64,000 bases of DNA from a virus, in the IMG/VR virus record IMGVR_UViG_3300045988_165036, positions 1 to 64,000 of that record, one strand, 5' to 3'. Positions 18,119 to 30,100 of the stretch are shown here, piece after piece (positions within the stretch are counted from its first letter, which is position 1; each line of letters begins with the position of its first letter). The notes beneath the pieces were generated by a model, which saw only the letters and a program-made list of their open reading frames with translations, did no database searches and was not told the DNA's origin. A program made the translations under genes and the position numbers.

Positions 18119-19801
18119 ATGATAACGTCGTATAAAAGTAAGATTTATGTCGCATCGTTGGGTCAGTTCGTAACATCTTATAAAAATAAGATTTTTACAG
18201 GACGATCCGTCTTATGGAATCAGCTTTTTAATCAAGCTAATGTTATCGAGTCCACAATTAATAACGTTAAATGGACAAACCCTAATAATGGTACGATAAG
18301 AGCTGAGGGGGTTGCATCTGCAGAGTCTTTGTTAGACATAACGGCGGCCGTCAGTTCAATCGACGTGGCGCATAAAGTGTTGGTCAAAGGATGTCCTTAT
18401 GGAGGTTCTGCGAGCACATATTTTATAGGAGTATATGGGTCAAATAACACACTTGTGGGGATTGATACGGGTGCAGGCATAATAGTTAATTACGGGACCG
18501 GTTTTCAAATTAAACTTGGTATAGATAACGGTCTCGCGTCTTATAATCCTGTATTTCGTCCGCAGGTGTATGACCTTACTTTGATGTTCGGCGAAGGTAG
18601 TGAGCCATCTTCGTTGGCGGAGTTCCAAAGTTATTTTGGGAATGCTACTTATGCATATGAGACAGGGATTATGCAACCTCTGATGCGCATATCGCATAAA
18701 CGTAAGATTGCAGGGCAATTACCTAAATTGGCATCTCCTCAAAATGTTGTCGTGCAAGGTAAAAACGTTAGATGGGATTCTGTTGAATATGCCACAATAT
18801 ATAAAATTAGATTGGATAGCACGTTGATTGGGTTTATATCTCAGCCTTCCGTTGATATAACAACTCTTCCAAGATATTCTTCAATGCCGCTCGGTACTTA
18901 TAAATTAAACGTTTTGGCCTCCGCCCCAGGATATCTTGATTCCAATCCATCACAAGAAGTTACATTTATTAATGGATATCCTATTACATTTAGTGTTACT
19001 CATTGTACTTACTCACCAACAGCCACGATGGTGTCGGCTTTTGAATCTACGACTTTTATATTTACAAAGTCTGCTGGTTATTCTTTACCGTCCTCTATTA
19101 CAGTGACAGGTGTGTCTTCTGAGAAATATAGTTGGGTCGTTGCGTCCAACGGTCAAACGGCTACTTTGGTTATTATAGAGCCTACGAGTGTTGTGACTGT
19201 AGCCGTAGCGGCTGTTGTTGAATCGTATGCCGTCACTGTCAACGGTACCAATGCCTCAAAAAAGAGCGGTCCCGCAACTGTGCAGTATGGAGGAGCTGGT
19301 ACGTTTACGTTTGAATATCCTTCTGGATATTTTGCACCTGACAATGTTGCTGTTTCTGGCGCGATATTAGATAGCTGGAATAAGACTACAAGCGAGTTAG
19401 TGATTAGGGATGTCTTCGGACCTGTTATAATTAAAATTGTTGGTGTATCAAAAACTTATGCAGTGAACTACAATCTCACTAACTGTGCCGCATATAGTGG
19501 CAACCCGACAAACATATCGAGCGGAGCTTCTGGTGTTCAGTTCCGTATTAATAAAGTTGATTACTATGAACTTCCTCAGAATATAGCTGATATCACTGTT
19601 GCTAATGCAGCATTAGATAGCTGGGCGCTTTCGGCTGATGGAGCATATGGAATAGCGACAATTTCTAATCCAACGGGCGATGTTACAATTGCTGTTAATG
19701 GAGTATCTGTTTACGATTACACTTTTGATGAAACAACGGGCGTTCTTACACTCAATAAGGCTCCGTATTCACAAAACGGAGATAAACTTACCATTCTTTA
19801 A
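18119..19801 (+). CDS. Tail fibre / receptor-binding candidate with repeated beta-rich modules
   Basis: 560-aa ORF with RBS GGAGGTG. The C-terminal half contains several similar ~90-aa V/T/S-rich segments (…YAVTVNGTN…, …YAVNYNLTN…). Confidence 0.4.
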   Translation: MITSYKSKIYVASLGQFVTSYKNKIFTGRSVLWNQLFNQANVIESTINNVKWTNPNNGTIRAEGVASAESLLDITAAVSSIDVAHKVLVKGCPYGGSASTYFIGVYGSNNTLVGIDTGAGIIVNYGTGFQIKLGIDNGLASYNPVFRPQVYDLTLMFGEGSEPSSLAEFQSYFGNATYAYETGIMQPLMRISHKRKIAGQLPKLASPQNVVVQGKNVRWDSVEYATIYKIRLDSTLIGFISQPSVDITTLPRYSSMPLGTYKLNVLASAPGYLDSNPSQEVTFINGYPITFSVTHCTYSPTATMVSAFESTTFIFTKSAGYSLPSSITVTGVSSEKYSWVVASNGQTATLVIIEPTSVVTVAVAAVVESYAVTVNGTNASKKSGPATVQYGGAGTFTFEYPSGYFAPDNVAVSGAILDSWNKTTSELVIRDVFGPVIIKIVGVSKTYAVNYNLTNCAAYSGNPTNISSGASGVQFRINKVDYYELPQNIADITVANAALDSWALSADGAYGIATISNPTGDVTIAVNGVSVYDYTFDETTGVLTLNKAPYSQNGDKLTIL

Positions 19802-19813
19802 GGAGGGAAATAA

Positions 19814-21679
19814 ATGTCAAATGTAAAACTTGGAAACGACACATTGAATGGTGTCAATACGGTTAGGCTTCAGAAAGCTGGTGAAGCGGGGGAGTATGAG
19901 TCATTTGAGGCAGAGACGGTTCAACACGCAGATATATCTAACGATATTAAGGCCAAAGTATTAGACATTGTACAGAAAGTTCAAGCCAAGCGTCAGAATG
20001 ATAGTATTGTGTTTGTGGCAGGGTCAGATGCACATCAACTTGAATCTAATATGGATATAGTTGGTGGAAATCTTCATGCGGGGCAAGCTATGGAATGTTT
20101 ATCTTATGTAATCCCTGGAATTGATTTTTGCTGTTATTTAGGAGATTATACATGGGGCAGCTCGACAACAACCCTAGCAGAGGGGCGTCGGCATTTTGAG
20201 GATATTAACGATGATATTGATGGGGCTTTTAGGGGGATCCCTCAATTCCGCACTTTAGGCAATCATGATAGTTTACGATATAGCGAAGCGCAAAATGGTT
20301 CTATATTTTCAGAGGCGGAATTGTATCAGTTTTGCGGTAGTTATAATAAAGACAATGTCAATGGAACGGCGTTGGCTGGTTACTGTTATCGAGATTTTGA
20401 TGCTAAAAAATGTCGGGTTATTTGTTTGAATACTTCCGAAAATACAGAAAAGGAGTTTGTTTCGGATACACAAAAATTATGGTTTGCTAATACATTAAAA
20501 GCAGTTGGCTCAAAAACTGGTTGGAACGTTATTATATTATCACACCATCCACTTGATTGGGGAAATGTTTATGTTTTATCCAACATTGTGAACGCTTATT
20601 ATACTGGAACCGCTATTTCTATTGGTGGTACATCGATAGATTTTGCTGGCAGTAATAGTGCAAAAATTTTGGCTGCCTTCCATGGACATACACACTGTTT
20701 CAAGGCAGCAAAATTGAACAAAATAAGTTCTGGAGTCGGAACTGAGTATAACGTCTGGCGAGTTGCAATACCAAATATGTGTTTTTCTCGCAATAATGAG
20801 TATGGGAAGAATAACGCTACGGAATATTATGGTATTGAATTTGGGGAAGATACGACTTATAATAAAACTGCAAATTCTGTAAATGATACGGCATTCGTTG
20901 TTAATGTAGTCAATCCATCTGAGGACAAAATCTATTCTTTTTGTTTTGGGGCTGGATACGATAGAGAGATATTTACGGGAATCCAGACGATTGCAGTGAC
21001 TGGGGTAACGCTAAATGCTTCTTCTGGAGAACTTACGGTCGGCGGAGAGGTGACTCTTGTCGCAACAGTTCTTCCGGAAACAGCAAGCAATAAAGCTGTC
21101 ACATGGTCAAGTTCTAAACCGGCAGTGGCAAGTGTCAATAACGGAGTCGTAAAAGCTTTGACCGAAGGAACTGCAACCATAACAGCCAAAACCGTTGATG
21201 GCGGGTTTACTGCATCATATGCTCTTACAGTAAAGGAAGTTCAACCAGCAGTTGTTGACCTGATATCTACTTACGGATATGCTGATAACACTCGGCTTTC
21301 TACAGCCGCCGGTAACGAGAAGGTGGAAAACGGGTATGTAACAATCGGTCACACAGCTCCAATTCCAGTAGATAAAACTACTTATCCGAATGGCGCGACG
21401 ATACGTGTTACAGGAGCGGTTAATTGTTTCGGAGATATCTGGAGTGGAACCGATAATGGCGCATATAGTGCATGGGTTCTTTATACAGGGACTGGGACAA
21501 CATTTTCTCAATCTTCGTATATTAAGACCGGCTCGGCGGATGCTGTCGGTGCGATAACTATTGATGAGGACGGAAAAGGATTTACTCTTGTTCTTGCATC
21601 GTTGACAGCTCCGAGATATCTCAAATTCTGTGTTAAAGGTTCTGGAGCTGCTATAACGGCAACGCTTACTCCAAATTAA
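19814..21679 (+). CDS. Calcineurin-like metallophosphoesterase with Big_2 (bacterial Ig-like) domain
   Basis: Motifs VAGSDAHQ, LGDY, GNHD, SHHP and GHTH appear in canonical order. A Big_2-like segment reads VTGVTLNASSGELTVGGEVTLVATVLPETASNKAVTWSSSKPAVASVNNGVVKALTEGTATITAKT. Confidence 0.7.
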   Translation: MSNVKLGNDTLNGVNTVRLQKAGEAGEYESFEAETVQHADISNDIKAKVLDIVQKVQAKRQNDSIVFVAGSDAHQLESNMDIVGGNLHAGQAMECLSYVIPGIDFCCYLGDYTWGSSTTTLAEGRRHFEDINDDIDGAFRGIPQFRTLGNHDSLRYSEAQNGSIFSEAELYQFCGSYNKDNVNGTALAGYCYRDFDAKKCRVICLNTSENTEKEFVSDTQKLWFANTLKAVGSKTGWNVIILSHHPLDWGNVYVLSNIVNAYYTGTAISIGGTSIDFAGSNSAKILAAFHGHTHCFKAAKLNKISSGVGTEYNVWRVAIPNMCFSRNNEYGKNNATEYYGIEFGEDTTYNKTANSVNDTAFVVNVVNPSEDKIYSFCFGAGYDREIFTGIQTIAVTGVTLNASSGELTVGGEVTLVATVLPETASNKAVTWSSSKPAVASVNNGVVKALTEGTATITAKTVDGGFTASYALTVKEVQPAVVDLISTYGYADNTRLSTAAGNEKVENGYVTIGHTAPIPVDKTTYPNGATIRVTGAVNCFGDIWSGTDNGAYSAWVLYTGTGTTFSQSSYIKTGSADAVGAITIDEDGKGFTLVLASLTAPRYLKFCVKGSGAAITATLTPN

Positions 21680-21694
21680 TATTAGGGGTATTAA

Positions 21695-21790
21695 ATGGTT
21701 AATTATCAACTTGATTATACAGCTTCGCAAGTGGATGAAGTGATTGACACTCTTTTCAAACCGCAACATGGCAATCGTTGCCGATACTAA
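21695..21790 (+). CDS. 31-aa ORF resembling the N-terminus of the 22908 gene (possible gene remnant)
   Basis: MVNYQLDYTASQVDEVIDTLFK... compares with MAEGDFVSQYTGAQIEQAISAYL (shared motif YT..Q(V/I)(D/E)..I). RBS AGGGG. Too short for the ORF track. Confidence 0.3.
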   Translation: MVNYQLDYTASQVDEVIDTLFKPQHGNRCRY

Positions 21791-21872
21791 AAATGAAAAG
21801 TAAACTGAACAAATGCCTTTCCGGTGGGTGGTTAAACCGGATTTTATAACAATAGAAAGGAGGTCCTCGAAA

Positions 21873-22904
21873 ATGGGGAAACGATCGACAGTATATCATA
21901 ATCTGGTCACTCCAGAAAAGTGGGACAAAATTAATGAAAAAAATAAAAATCTAATCAATGAATTTACAGATTATTTGCGTTCTGCGAATAAATCTCCCGC
22001 AACAATTAAGCAGTACGAAGCACAACTGCACACATTTTTTGTGTTCGTGCTGGAAAGATGCGAGAACAAATTTTTTGTTGATCTAAAAAAGAGAGAATTT
22101 GTTAAATATTTTGGATATTTGACAAACGAATTGGAGGTTTCTCCGAACAGGATTTGTTCGATGAGAGCCGTCCTTTCAAGTTTGTCTAATTTTATTGAAA
22201 GAATTTTAGACGAAGATTACCCGCAATTCCGTAATCTTGTAAAAGTTCTGGAACCTGTGGATAAGGAATTGGTTCGTGAACGTCCTGCTCTGACGATGGA
22301 TCAGATTAAAGACTGTCTCAAAAAGCTCGAAGCAGATAAAAAGTATCAGGTTGCTTGTTGCCTTGCTGTTCTTGCGGCAAGTGGAATGCGTAAAAGCGAA
22401 GTAATCCAGATGAAGATGGAATATTTCGAAAAAGACAGGTTGATTTATAACGGGCTTGCTTATGAAACAGATAAAATCCGAACAAAAGGTCGTGGAAAAG
22501 CCGGGAAAGTCGTAACAAGAATTGTGTTTCGTAATCTCGTTGATGTTGATCATTATATCGACTTATGGCGAAAAAAGCGAGAGGAACTTGGCATTAAAGA
22601 CGAATATATGTTTGTGGTTTACCACGATGGTTCGTATGAACAGGCAACGCAGGCGACAATTAATTCGTTTGCTAGAACAATTGCGAAATATCTTGGTGAA
22701 GACTTTTTCGTTCACAACGTTCGGCACACGACATCGACTGCTCTTGAGCTTGCTGGATACCCGATTGATGTTGTGCAGACAATTTTTCGCTGGGCAGATC
22801 CGAAGATGGTTAAATATTATTCAAATATTAGTGACACGCAGTCTCTGGAAAATTTCTTCGCAGGAATGAGCGAGGAAGAAAATAAAAAAGAAAGTGAGGA
22901 ATGA
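21873..22904 (+). CDS. Tyrosine recombinase / integrase family protein
   Basis: ATG 21873 follows AAAGGAGG. SAM-like N-terminal domain (SPATIKQYEAQLHTFF). Catalytic motifs read ...AASGMRKSEVIQM (Arg), HNVRHTTSTAL (HxxR) and a C-terminal ...MVKYY (Tyr). Confidence 0.75.
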   Translation: MGKRSTVYHNLVTPEKWDKINEKNKNLINEFTDYLRSANKSPATIKQYEAQLHTFFVFVLERCENKFFVDLKKREFVKYFGYLTNELEVSPNRICSMRAVLSSLSNFIERILDEDYPQFRNLVKVLEPVDKELVRERPALTMDQIKDCLKKLEADKKYQVACCLAVLAASGMRKSEVIQMKMEYFEKDRLIYNGLAYETDKIRTKGRGKAGKVVTRIVFRNLVDVDHYIDLWRKKREELGIKDEYMFVVYHDGSYEQATQATINSFARTIAKYLGEDFFVHNVRHTTSTALELAGYPIDVVQTIFRWADPKMVKYYSNISDTQSLENFFAGMSEEENKKESEE

Positions 22905-22907
22905 CCA

Positions 22908-23276
22908 ATGGCAGAAGGAGATTTTGTTAGTCAGTATACTGGCGCTCAAATAGAACAAGCTATTTCGGCATATTTGAACGGAAATACGAAAACTACCGTT
23001 ACTGTTAACGTTTCGGGGACAACTCAATACTGGAAAACTAATACTTTGACGAGCTCTTCGTCAAAGTATTATATGGAAATTACGTTGGATAATTCTTTTT
23101 ATGTTGGGAATTATCCTGATATTTTTATCGTGGATAACAATGGCGTAAAAATTATTCCAGACGTTGATTATAGTAATGTTGCGGCAAATAAAACCTTTAA
23201 AGTCTATTCAAATACAATGGTGAACGGAGTCGTTGTTATAAACGGAACAAAAACAACACTGGAGAAGACCATTTAA
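22908..23276 (+). CDS. Hypothetical protein
   Basis: 122-aa ORF with RBS GAGGA. Its N-terminal motif is shared with the 21695 mini-ORF. Confidence 0.4.
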   Translation: MAEGDFVSQYTGAQIEQAISAYLNGNTKTTVTVNVSGTTQYWKTNTLTSSSSKYYMEITLDNSFYVGNYPDIFIVDNNGVKIIPDVDYSNVAANKTFKVYSNTMVNGVVVINGTKTTLEKTI

Positions 23277-23315
23277 TTAATTTATTTTTTTATGAGAGGA
23301 GTTTTAACGGGAGAT

Positions 23316-24029
23316 ATGGAAGAAAATAAACAGATGGATCAAAAATTACAACAGGAAGCAGTGGAACAAAATGAAGTTCCTGTTATTGATAAAGATTCGG
23401 TCGATATATTAGACCTGCTTGAAATAGCTTCATCGTGGCTTGTTTCTCCAGAAGATAAAGAGGTAGAAAAGAAATTCAATGAGATTAAAAATCAGATTAT
23501 CGTGAAATCTTTTCTGCCTCTAACGATGAAAAACGCACTCGTGAAAAAAGCGATTTTCGACTTGCGAACATCAGATGATTCAATTGACGAGTTCCCGCAA
23601 GCGTTAGAAATATCACTTCTATTCAATGTCCTTCTCGAATACACGAATATTAAATGGGAAGACGGGCTTGAAGTTAAAGATGCCGCATTTTATGATATTT
23701 TGTGGGCGTCAGGCGTGTGCGATATGATTTTGGAATATTGTCGTTCGGATTATGAAAGAGTAGTTCGAATGGTGGAAAATATGTTCTCGTTTGAGAATCT
23801 TTATAATCTTGTTGAAACAATCAACAAGATGACTCCTGATAGCGTGGAAGAATTGACGAAAGAAGTTAAGCGGATTAGACTTGAATCCGACCCGCAGATT
23901 CTTCACGATTATGCGACGCTCGCAAGGGCGGGTGATCCGATTCTGCACAAGATGGCAGACGCTGTCGAGGAAACCGCTTATAAAGCGGCAAAGGGAGAAA
24001 TCCCGGAAGAGAAAGACGCGAAAAAGTGA
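23316..24029 (+). CDS. Hypothetical acidic protein upstream of the tape-measure gene (chaperone-like position)
   Basis: ATG 23316 follows GGGAGA. The call rests on position only. No slippery frameshift site was seen. Confidence 0.3.
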   Translation: MEENKQMDQKLQQEAVEQNEVPVIDKDSVDILDLLEIASSWLVSPEDKEVEKKFNEIKNQIIVKSFLPLTMKNALVKKAIFDLRTSDDSIDEFPQALEISLLFNVLLEYTNIKWEDGLEVKDAAFYDILWASGVCDMILEYCRSDYERVVRMVENMFSFENLYNLVETINKMTPDSVEELTKEVKRIRLESDPQILHDYATLARAGDPILHKMADAVEETAYKAAKGEIPEEKDAKK

Positions 24030-24042
24030 TAGGCGACAAATA

Positions 24043-24096
24043 AAATGCCGCTTTTATTCACGAGGCGGCATTTCCTTCGGGAAGGGGAAATTTTTT
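24043..24096 (+). terminator. Tandem hairpins with T-run (terminator/attenuator candidate)
   Basis: AAATGCCGC/GCGGCATTT (24043-24073), then CCTTCGGGAAGG, then TTTTTT. Confidence 0.5.
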
Positions 24097-24130
24097 AGTA
24101 AAATTTAGTATGAACGGAGGATGAAATATT

Positions 24131-27100
24131 GTGGAAGATATGAACCTTTTTGGTGGATTTCAGACCGCTCTTTCTGGGGCTGGAAGCGGATTAATCTCTG
24201 CTTCTAAAGATGTTGAATCGTATATTCAGAACATATATCAAGACGCGGCCGACAATATTTCCGAGAGAAAAAAACTTTTTAAAAACTTAGTAGAAAAAAT
24301 TGGTATTGCCGAAGACAAAGGAATTAAGAGCATTCTTGATAGATATGAAGAGTTCGAAAAAGAAGCGATTGCGTTGTCGTCGAAAGAGGAAAATAGAAAT
24401 CAAAAAAAATATTCAGAAACACTACAACAGATTAGTTTAATTCAAGGAACAGTGCAGAAGGCTTTAAATCAAGCTTTCAAAAGCGCAAGCGAGACAACGA
24501 GGAGTCTTATTGATCAGATCCATAGATCCTCAACTTTTCAGGTTGAGGATCTTTTAAAACAGGCTAAAACTTTTGATATTTCTGATGCAAATTTAAAAAA
24601 AATAGAAGAAACCGCTAGAAAAGAAATTGAAAAAAATCAACAAAAAGCATTTAGAGAAACGGCAAAAGCTTTTAGAAAAATAACCGGTCAACAATTTGAG
24701 ACAATTTTAAAAACCGGAGCGGAAGGAGTTATTAAATCCGCACTTGATACCATTTCTGCAAAGTATGGATTTTCCGAAAGTGATTTGTTAAAAATGGTTG
24801 CTCCTGCTTTTCAAAGGGCTACAAAAATGGCCGGAAGCGGAAAACTGAAGGCAATAGATCCGAGCAAAATAACCGGTTCGTTTGGGAAATTAGCATCCCA
24901 AAGAATTAGCGCAATTTATTCTGGACACCCGAAAGATACAGCGAAAGCATTGCAGGAGCTTGTTGGGGCGCGGGAAGAAATTTTTGATTTTGGTAATGAA
25001 ATAGCAAAACTTTCCGATATTGCTAAAACAGTTGGAAAAAAAATTGCCGTTAATATTGATGAAGCTACAAAAGAATTACAGATTGGATTTTACGATGCCA
25101 AAAACGTTCCGCAAAAACTAAAAGGCGGAGCGTGGGACATGTCGAAAATGCCATCATTTAAATTCTCCGCGCAAAGATTAAAAGAGGGACTGCTTTCTCG
25201 AAGCGGAATGACAACTCCAAATGATTTGGTTATGAAGTTCGACAAAGACACTCAAAAGACTGTCGTTACAACTACTGCAAATTTAATTATGGATGGTGTT
25301 GCCGATGTATTAAGATCTGCTAGTGGTGTCTCGGATAAAGACCTTATGTATCGTCTTAGAAAAGCGGTTGATAGGGGCTATAGAGGAGCGTCTTCTGAGT
25401 CGACTAAGTTTTTTGATAAAGAAATTAATGATTTAAGAGACGGAATCAGTTCTGGTCGAATTATGAATATGGGCGGTCGGATTAATGTTGTTCCTGCGTT
25501 TTTTGATATCTTGAAAGCAATCAAAAAGGCGAACATAGACGTCGGAACAACCTCTGAGCACTATGATGAAAAAGTATTTCGAGATTTATTTAGCGTTATT
25601 AATGCGTGGAGGGTTGCTGGGAGAAGCGTTGAAAAGCTAAAGTCTGATGCGACATACGGTTATTTATTTAAAGACAATGGTATTGCAAATATGATCAAGA
25701 TGGTCATAGATCCAATATCTAGACTTTCTCTGGCAGTCGGACAAGGGTCGACCGCTCAAATAAACAACGGATATATTCAACTTGCGGCCAACTGGCAAAG
25801 AGCGGCTTCGTTTTTGCCCGGGGATACGTCAAAGCATTTATCTCAAACGCAGAATTATGAAATACCCCGTGGAGGAATGAGGGGTTCTTTACCGTCTACA
25901 AAAATTAGAACAGCAGCAGGACAGGCTCTTGGATTTAATTATGACGCTCTTTCTGAAAGGCTATATAACATTCAATATATAACAGAAGAAAAGTTGTTAG
26001 AAGAGTGGGATAAATGGCTCGAGTCAGAAAGCGGAAAAGAATATTTAGGACAAGGTGGTTCCAAAATCCTACCGGGATTGCATGACAGTGCATCAATATA
26101 TAGAAGTGATTTAATAAATGATTTTATAACTCAAAGATATAGATATAAAAGAGTTAGCGCCAACGATTGGTATGAAACCCAAAGAAAGCTCGGATTGTCT
26201 GGCAAGTTGTCTGGTTTGTCTGAAAATCAAGTAGCGGCAACCATCGTGTCTAATATTATGGGCGTTGATATCAAAAACATAGAAGATCTTAAATGGGGGC
26301 AAATGTCTGGAGACGACGGGAGCGTTGATCCCACGAGAGATTTTGTCTTTAATTTCAACGAAATTGTGGACTGGATGGGGAACCCAAAGGGTCTTGGAGC
26401 TGAAACAGGAACTCGTTCTGCAATGATGCCCATCGTCAGTAAGTTTATAACAGAAAGATTTGGTCAAAATATTCATATGCTTCGGCTTGCTGAAGAAATG
26501 GGATCCAATGATTTTGGAGGTATGATCGTTGGCGCCATTCAACATGTGCTTGTTAATGGGAAGTCGGCAAAAGATGTTGTGTCTGCATTAAAAGGAACCT
26601 CTTTGGAGGGAATGTTTGAAGCAGATGGAGATAATCTGATTTTGTCTTCAACTATGGACAAAACCAGAGCTCTTGATTTAAATAAAGTTCAAAGAGAGCT
26701 CGAATCAAGTCTTGGAATCCAATTCAAGGAAGGGCTTGTTATTTCGGAAGCTGTAAACGCTGCACACGATTATTTTTATCAAAAAGATACAAAGTATGGG
26801 CAAAGAGAACTTGAGGCAATGCGCAGAACTATTTCGACTGCAAGTTCTATAAATAAAGATATTGACTTTACAGAATTTTTATCACACGAAGAATCAACCG
26901 TTGTTAGCAAGGGTGCTGAAGATGCTAAAAAGATGAGAGATTCTTATGCAAAAGCCTTTAGAGCATCTTTTGGATCAAACGAATTACAAGATGAAGTAAA
27001 AGATATTACGGAAGAATTTCTCGGAAAAGATACAACTTTCGCTTTCAATCAAGAGTCAGATCTTGGGTTAGTTGATGCAGAAAGTTTTGCCAATTCAGCA

Positions 27101-30100
27101 TTAGCTAATATTTATGAACAAATTTCACAAAGTGGAGCTGGGTTTGGTAGAATATCTTTGCCGAAAGGATTTAAACCAATTAAGCATACAGATGGATTTG
27201 GTAAAGAGTGGTCAATGTCAAGCATTGTAGTTCCAGCAAGAGAACACGAGACTGAAACAGCCTTTTTTGATGCTGCTCATCAAACCGGAATTTCTCTTTC
27301 TGAATTTGACATATCTCTTAATAGGGTTATACGTTCAATCGCAGAATATAATGATATAATGGGAGATTCCAAAAAGAGTGAAGAAGATAGGGAATATATT
27401 ACAAATAAGCTTAATAGAGATCTTGAAAATTTTTATAGAGACAATTATGCTTATTTTACCAGTAAAGATTCTCCTATCGCTCAAGATATATACTATAATC
27501 GAGTTAGAGGATCTCATTCTTTTATGGCCGCAGGTCTTAGCGAAGCTCAAAGAGATAAACTTTTAAAAAGCTCGAATCCAGATGAAAAAAAACGTCAAGA
27601 TGAAAAAGAGCTCGGAAAGATTTTAGATGAGAGTTATTTAGTTGGCCCGGAGGCAATGAGAAAATTAATCGGGGATGACATTAAAGATATTAAGGCTCAA
27701 TATGAATATATTTTTGGCGAAAAAGCATCTAAAAAAATGAGTAAAGATGAGATGCTTGATAAAATTATTGAAGCTATGACCGTCGAAAATATTGGGACAG
27801 ATGTCTTCAAAAAAAGAGGATTATTTTCTAAAGATCTTCGTTTCCCGTCTATTCAAGGACAAGACGTTCGCTATATTAGAGGTTTTGTAACGAATGCGCT
27901 TCGAGGATCTCTTGATACTGCTTATATGGGAAGCGCTGCCGCCGCAGCAAACCGTACTGACTATGATAGAGATCACGTAAATTTGCTTTCTGCTATTAGA
28001 AATATTGGCGGCGTTAAAAATGTCGAGGAATATTTGAAAGCTGCGGAAGCTGTTACTCGTCTTCATGAAGCAGTTTCTGCAAATATTAGAGATGTTAGGG
28101 CTGCAAATAAGGGGCGGATAAGTGATAAAATCGAGCTTTTTAAAGATGTAAATGTAACAGATGAGGATTTGTCACGTATTGCATCGGTAGCGGCATTAAG
28201 AAACCGGGGACAAATCGGTCTCCTGTCATCACAAGCAACGGAAATGAGAAATTTCCTTTCTAGTAAAGGATTTGACGAGATGCAGTCTGGTGATGCTCCG
28301 GCTGGATTAGGACAGCTTGTTCGTTATGCTTTTGAAAAAGCAGAACAAGATGCGATTTCTTATAAGCACGTTATTAAGAGATTATCTTCCGAAAAATTTA
28401 AGAGTTATGGGATTACCGCAGAAGCGGCGATGGCGGAAGATAGAAAAAAATATATCGAAGAACTTGGCGGAGATGTTGTTGTAGACGAGCTATTAAAACG
28501 CAGAGAGGAGCTTGAAAAACAATATAAGAACAAAGGCGGAATGCCTCTGCCAAGCGAATTGATAAATGACTTTGATGCTAAAGCTGTAAACTTGAATTTA
28601 AATAGGCTCAAATATGGCAGAGATACGCGAATTCTTAATGCAAATGACGAAGAAGTAATGCGAGCAAAGCTTGCAGCCACTACATCCCTTGAACAAGCAG
28701 TTGCTAAGGCATGGGAAAGAGATGGAACGGGTTATAAAAAAACTTCGGATTATTTTAGAGCGCTTAAAGAACTTGGAATATTTGGAGACCAAATAGAGGG
28801 AGTTCCTTTTATTCAAGCCTTAACTCAAGCAACCGCGAGTGGCGGAGAAGATTTTGAAAAAAGAATTAGAAATATTGTAAATGCAAAAAAATACAATGTT
28901 GATGTTGACGCCTTATTAATGAAGCGAGATACGAGTGGCAATTTTGTTTCAACAAGTGGTCTTGCTCAAATGCCATTTGAAATGTTGATGGACATCATTG
29001 ATATGGTTGAGGCTCCGTTCGCAACAAAAGGAAAAACCCTATTATCTCAAGCCCTTATTTCTGCAAATAGAACTCTCGGGGATGAATCTCAAAGTGATTA
29101 TGCTATCGGTAAATTTTTAAAAGCTGGCAATATAGAGGGCAAAACTCCTCAAAAAACGGTTAAAAGTGATGTGCGAGAAAAGGTTGATAATGCAAAAAAA
29201 AGAGCAATTGAAGGGAAAACTGGGAAGTCTAATGTTGATAAATATTTAACAGCGCTTGCATTAAGTGGAGCATCTGATGATGAATTAATAGCTGCGGCAA
29301 AAAACGTGCAAACTGCCGAGCAAGCCAGGTCTTTGATGCCGCAAGTTCAAAAAGAAATTAGTCGAAAGGCATCTGATGTTCGTGCGGGAGGCGATTTAAG
29401 TAAAGTTAATCCGGCAGCCTTGGCAAGCATGGAAGATTGGACTCTTTTTAAGGCAAAATTAAACGATCCTGGACATACTTATTCGAAAGTATTAGCAGGC
29501 GGGAAAGAACAGGTCCTTGGAAGAATCAAATCCGCCTCGCAAATGGGATCCTTCTTCCGGGGTGGCGAATATACCGATGCAATGAGGGCCCAAGACGAAG
29601 CGTTTGAAAGAGCTTTGGAAGGATATGGCGAAAGCAATTTTTCAATAAAAGATTTTATTGGAGAAAATTATACTTCACAAGATATTAAGATATTTGAAAA
29701 TCTTAGACGTAAAAAAATTGCGTCTGATTTTGGCACAATTCAACATAAAGAAATTGAAATTCTTGGCAAACTTTTAGCAAATCCTCCAAAAGGTTTAGAT
29801 GTTGATGCTTTATTGTCTTATAGTTCTGGAACGAGTTTTGAAGGAAAAATCCGTTCTGCGTTATCAGGAGATTCGGTTCTCAAAAAGGGATTTGAGGAAG
29901 ACTTAAAGGAATTAGAAGAAGAAAGAAGCAAGGCAGAAAAAAATCTTGGAAAATTTGGATATAATTCAGAAGATATTCAGAAATTTCAAAATGCTGCATT
30001 ATTTTCTACTCTTGCACAGACAAAGTTGACGAGACAACTTTGGTTAAAAAATGTTGCAAGAGAATATTCTCTTGGACTTGAAAGAGGAAATCTTTTGGGT

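Noticed and set aside
22908-24130. A search for a tail-assembly-chaperone pair with a -1 programmed frameshift upstream of the tape-measure gene.
   Set aside because: No overlapping second frame or slippery heptamer was visible. The genes are annotated only as hypothetical.
27959-27973. A DYDRD (DxDxD) motif in the tape-measure N-terminal region (…ANRTDYDRDHV…). It resembles the NADFDGD / DbDGD metal-binding loop of double-psi beta-barrel RNA polymerases, such as crAss-like virion RNAP.
   Set aside because: A 5-residue motif alone is weak. I could not recognise a second DPBB motif. The genome also has many host-type promoters. It is worth an HHpred check but not supportable as a call.
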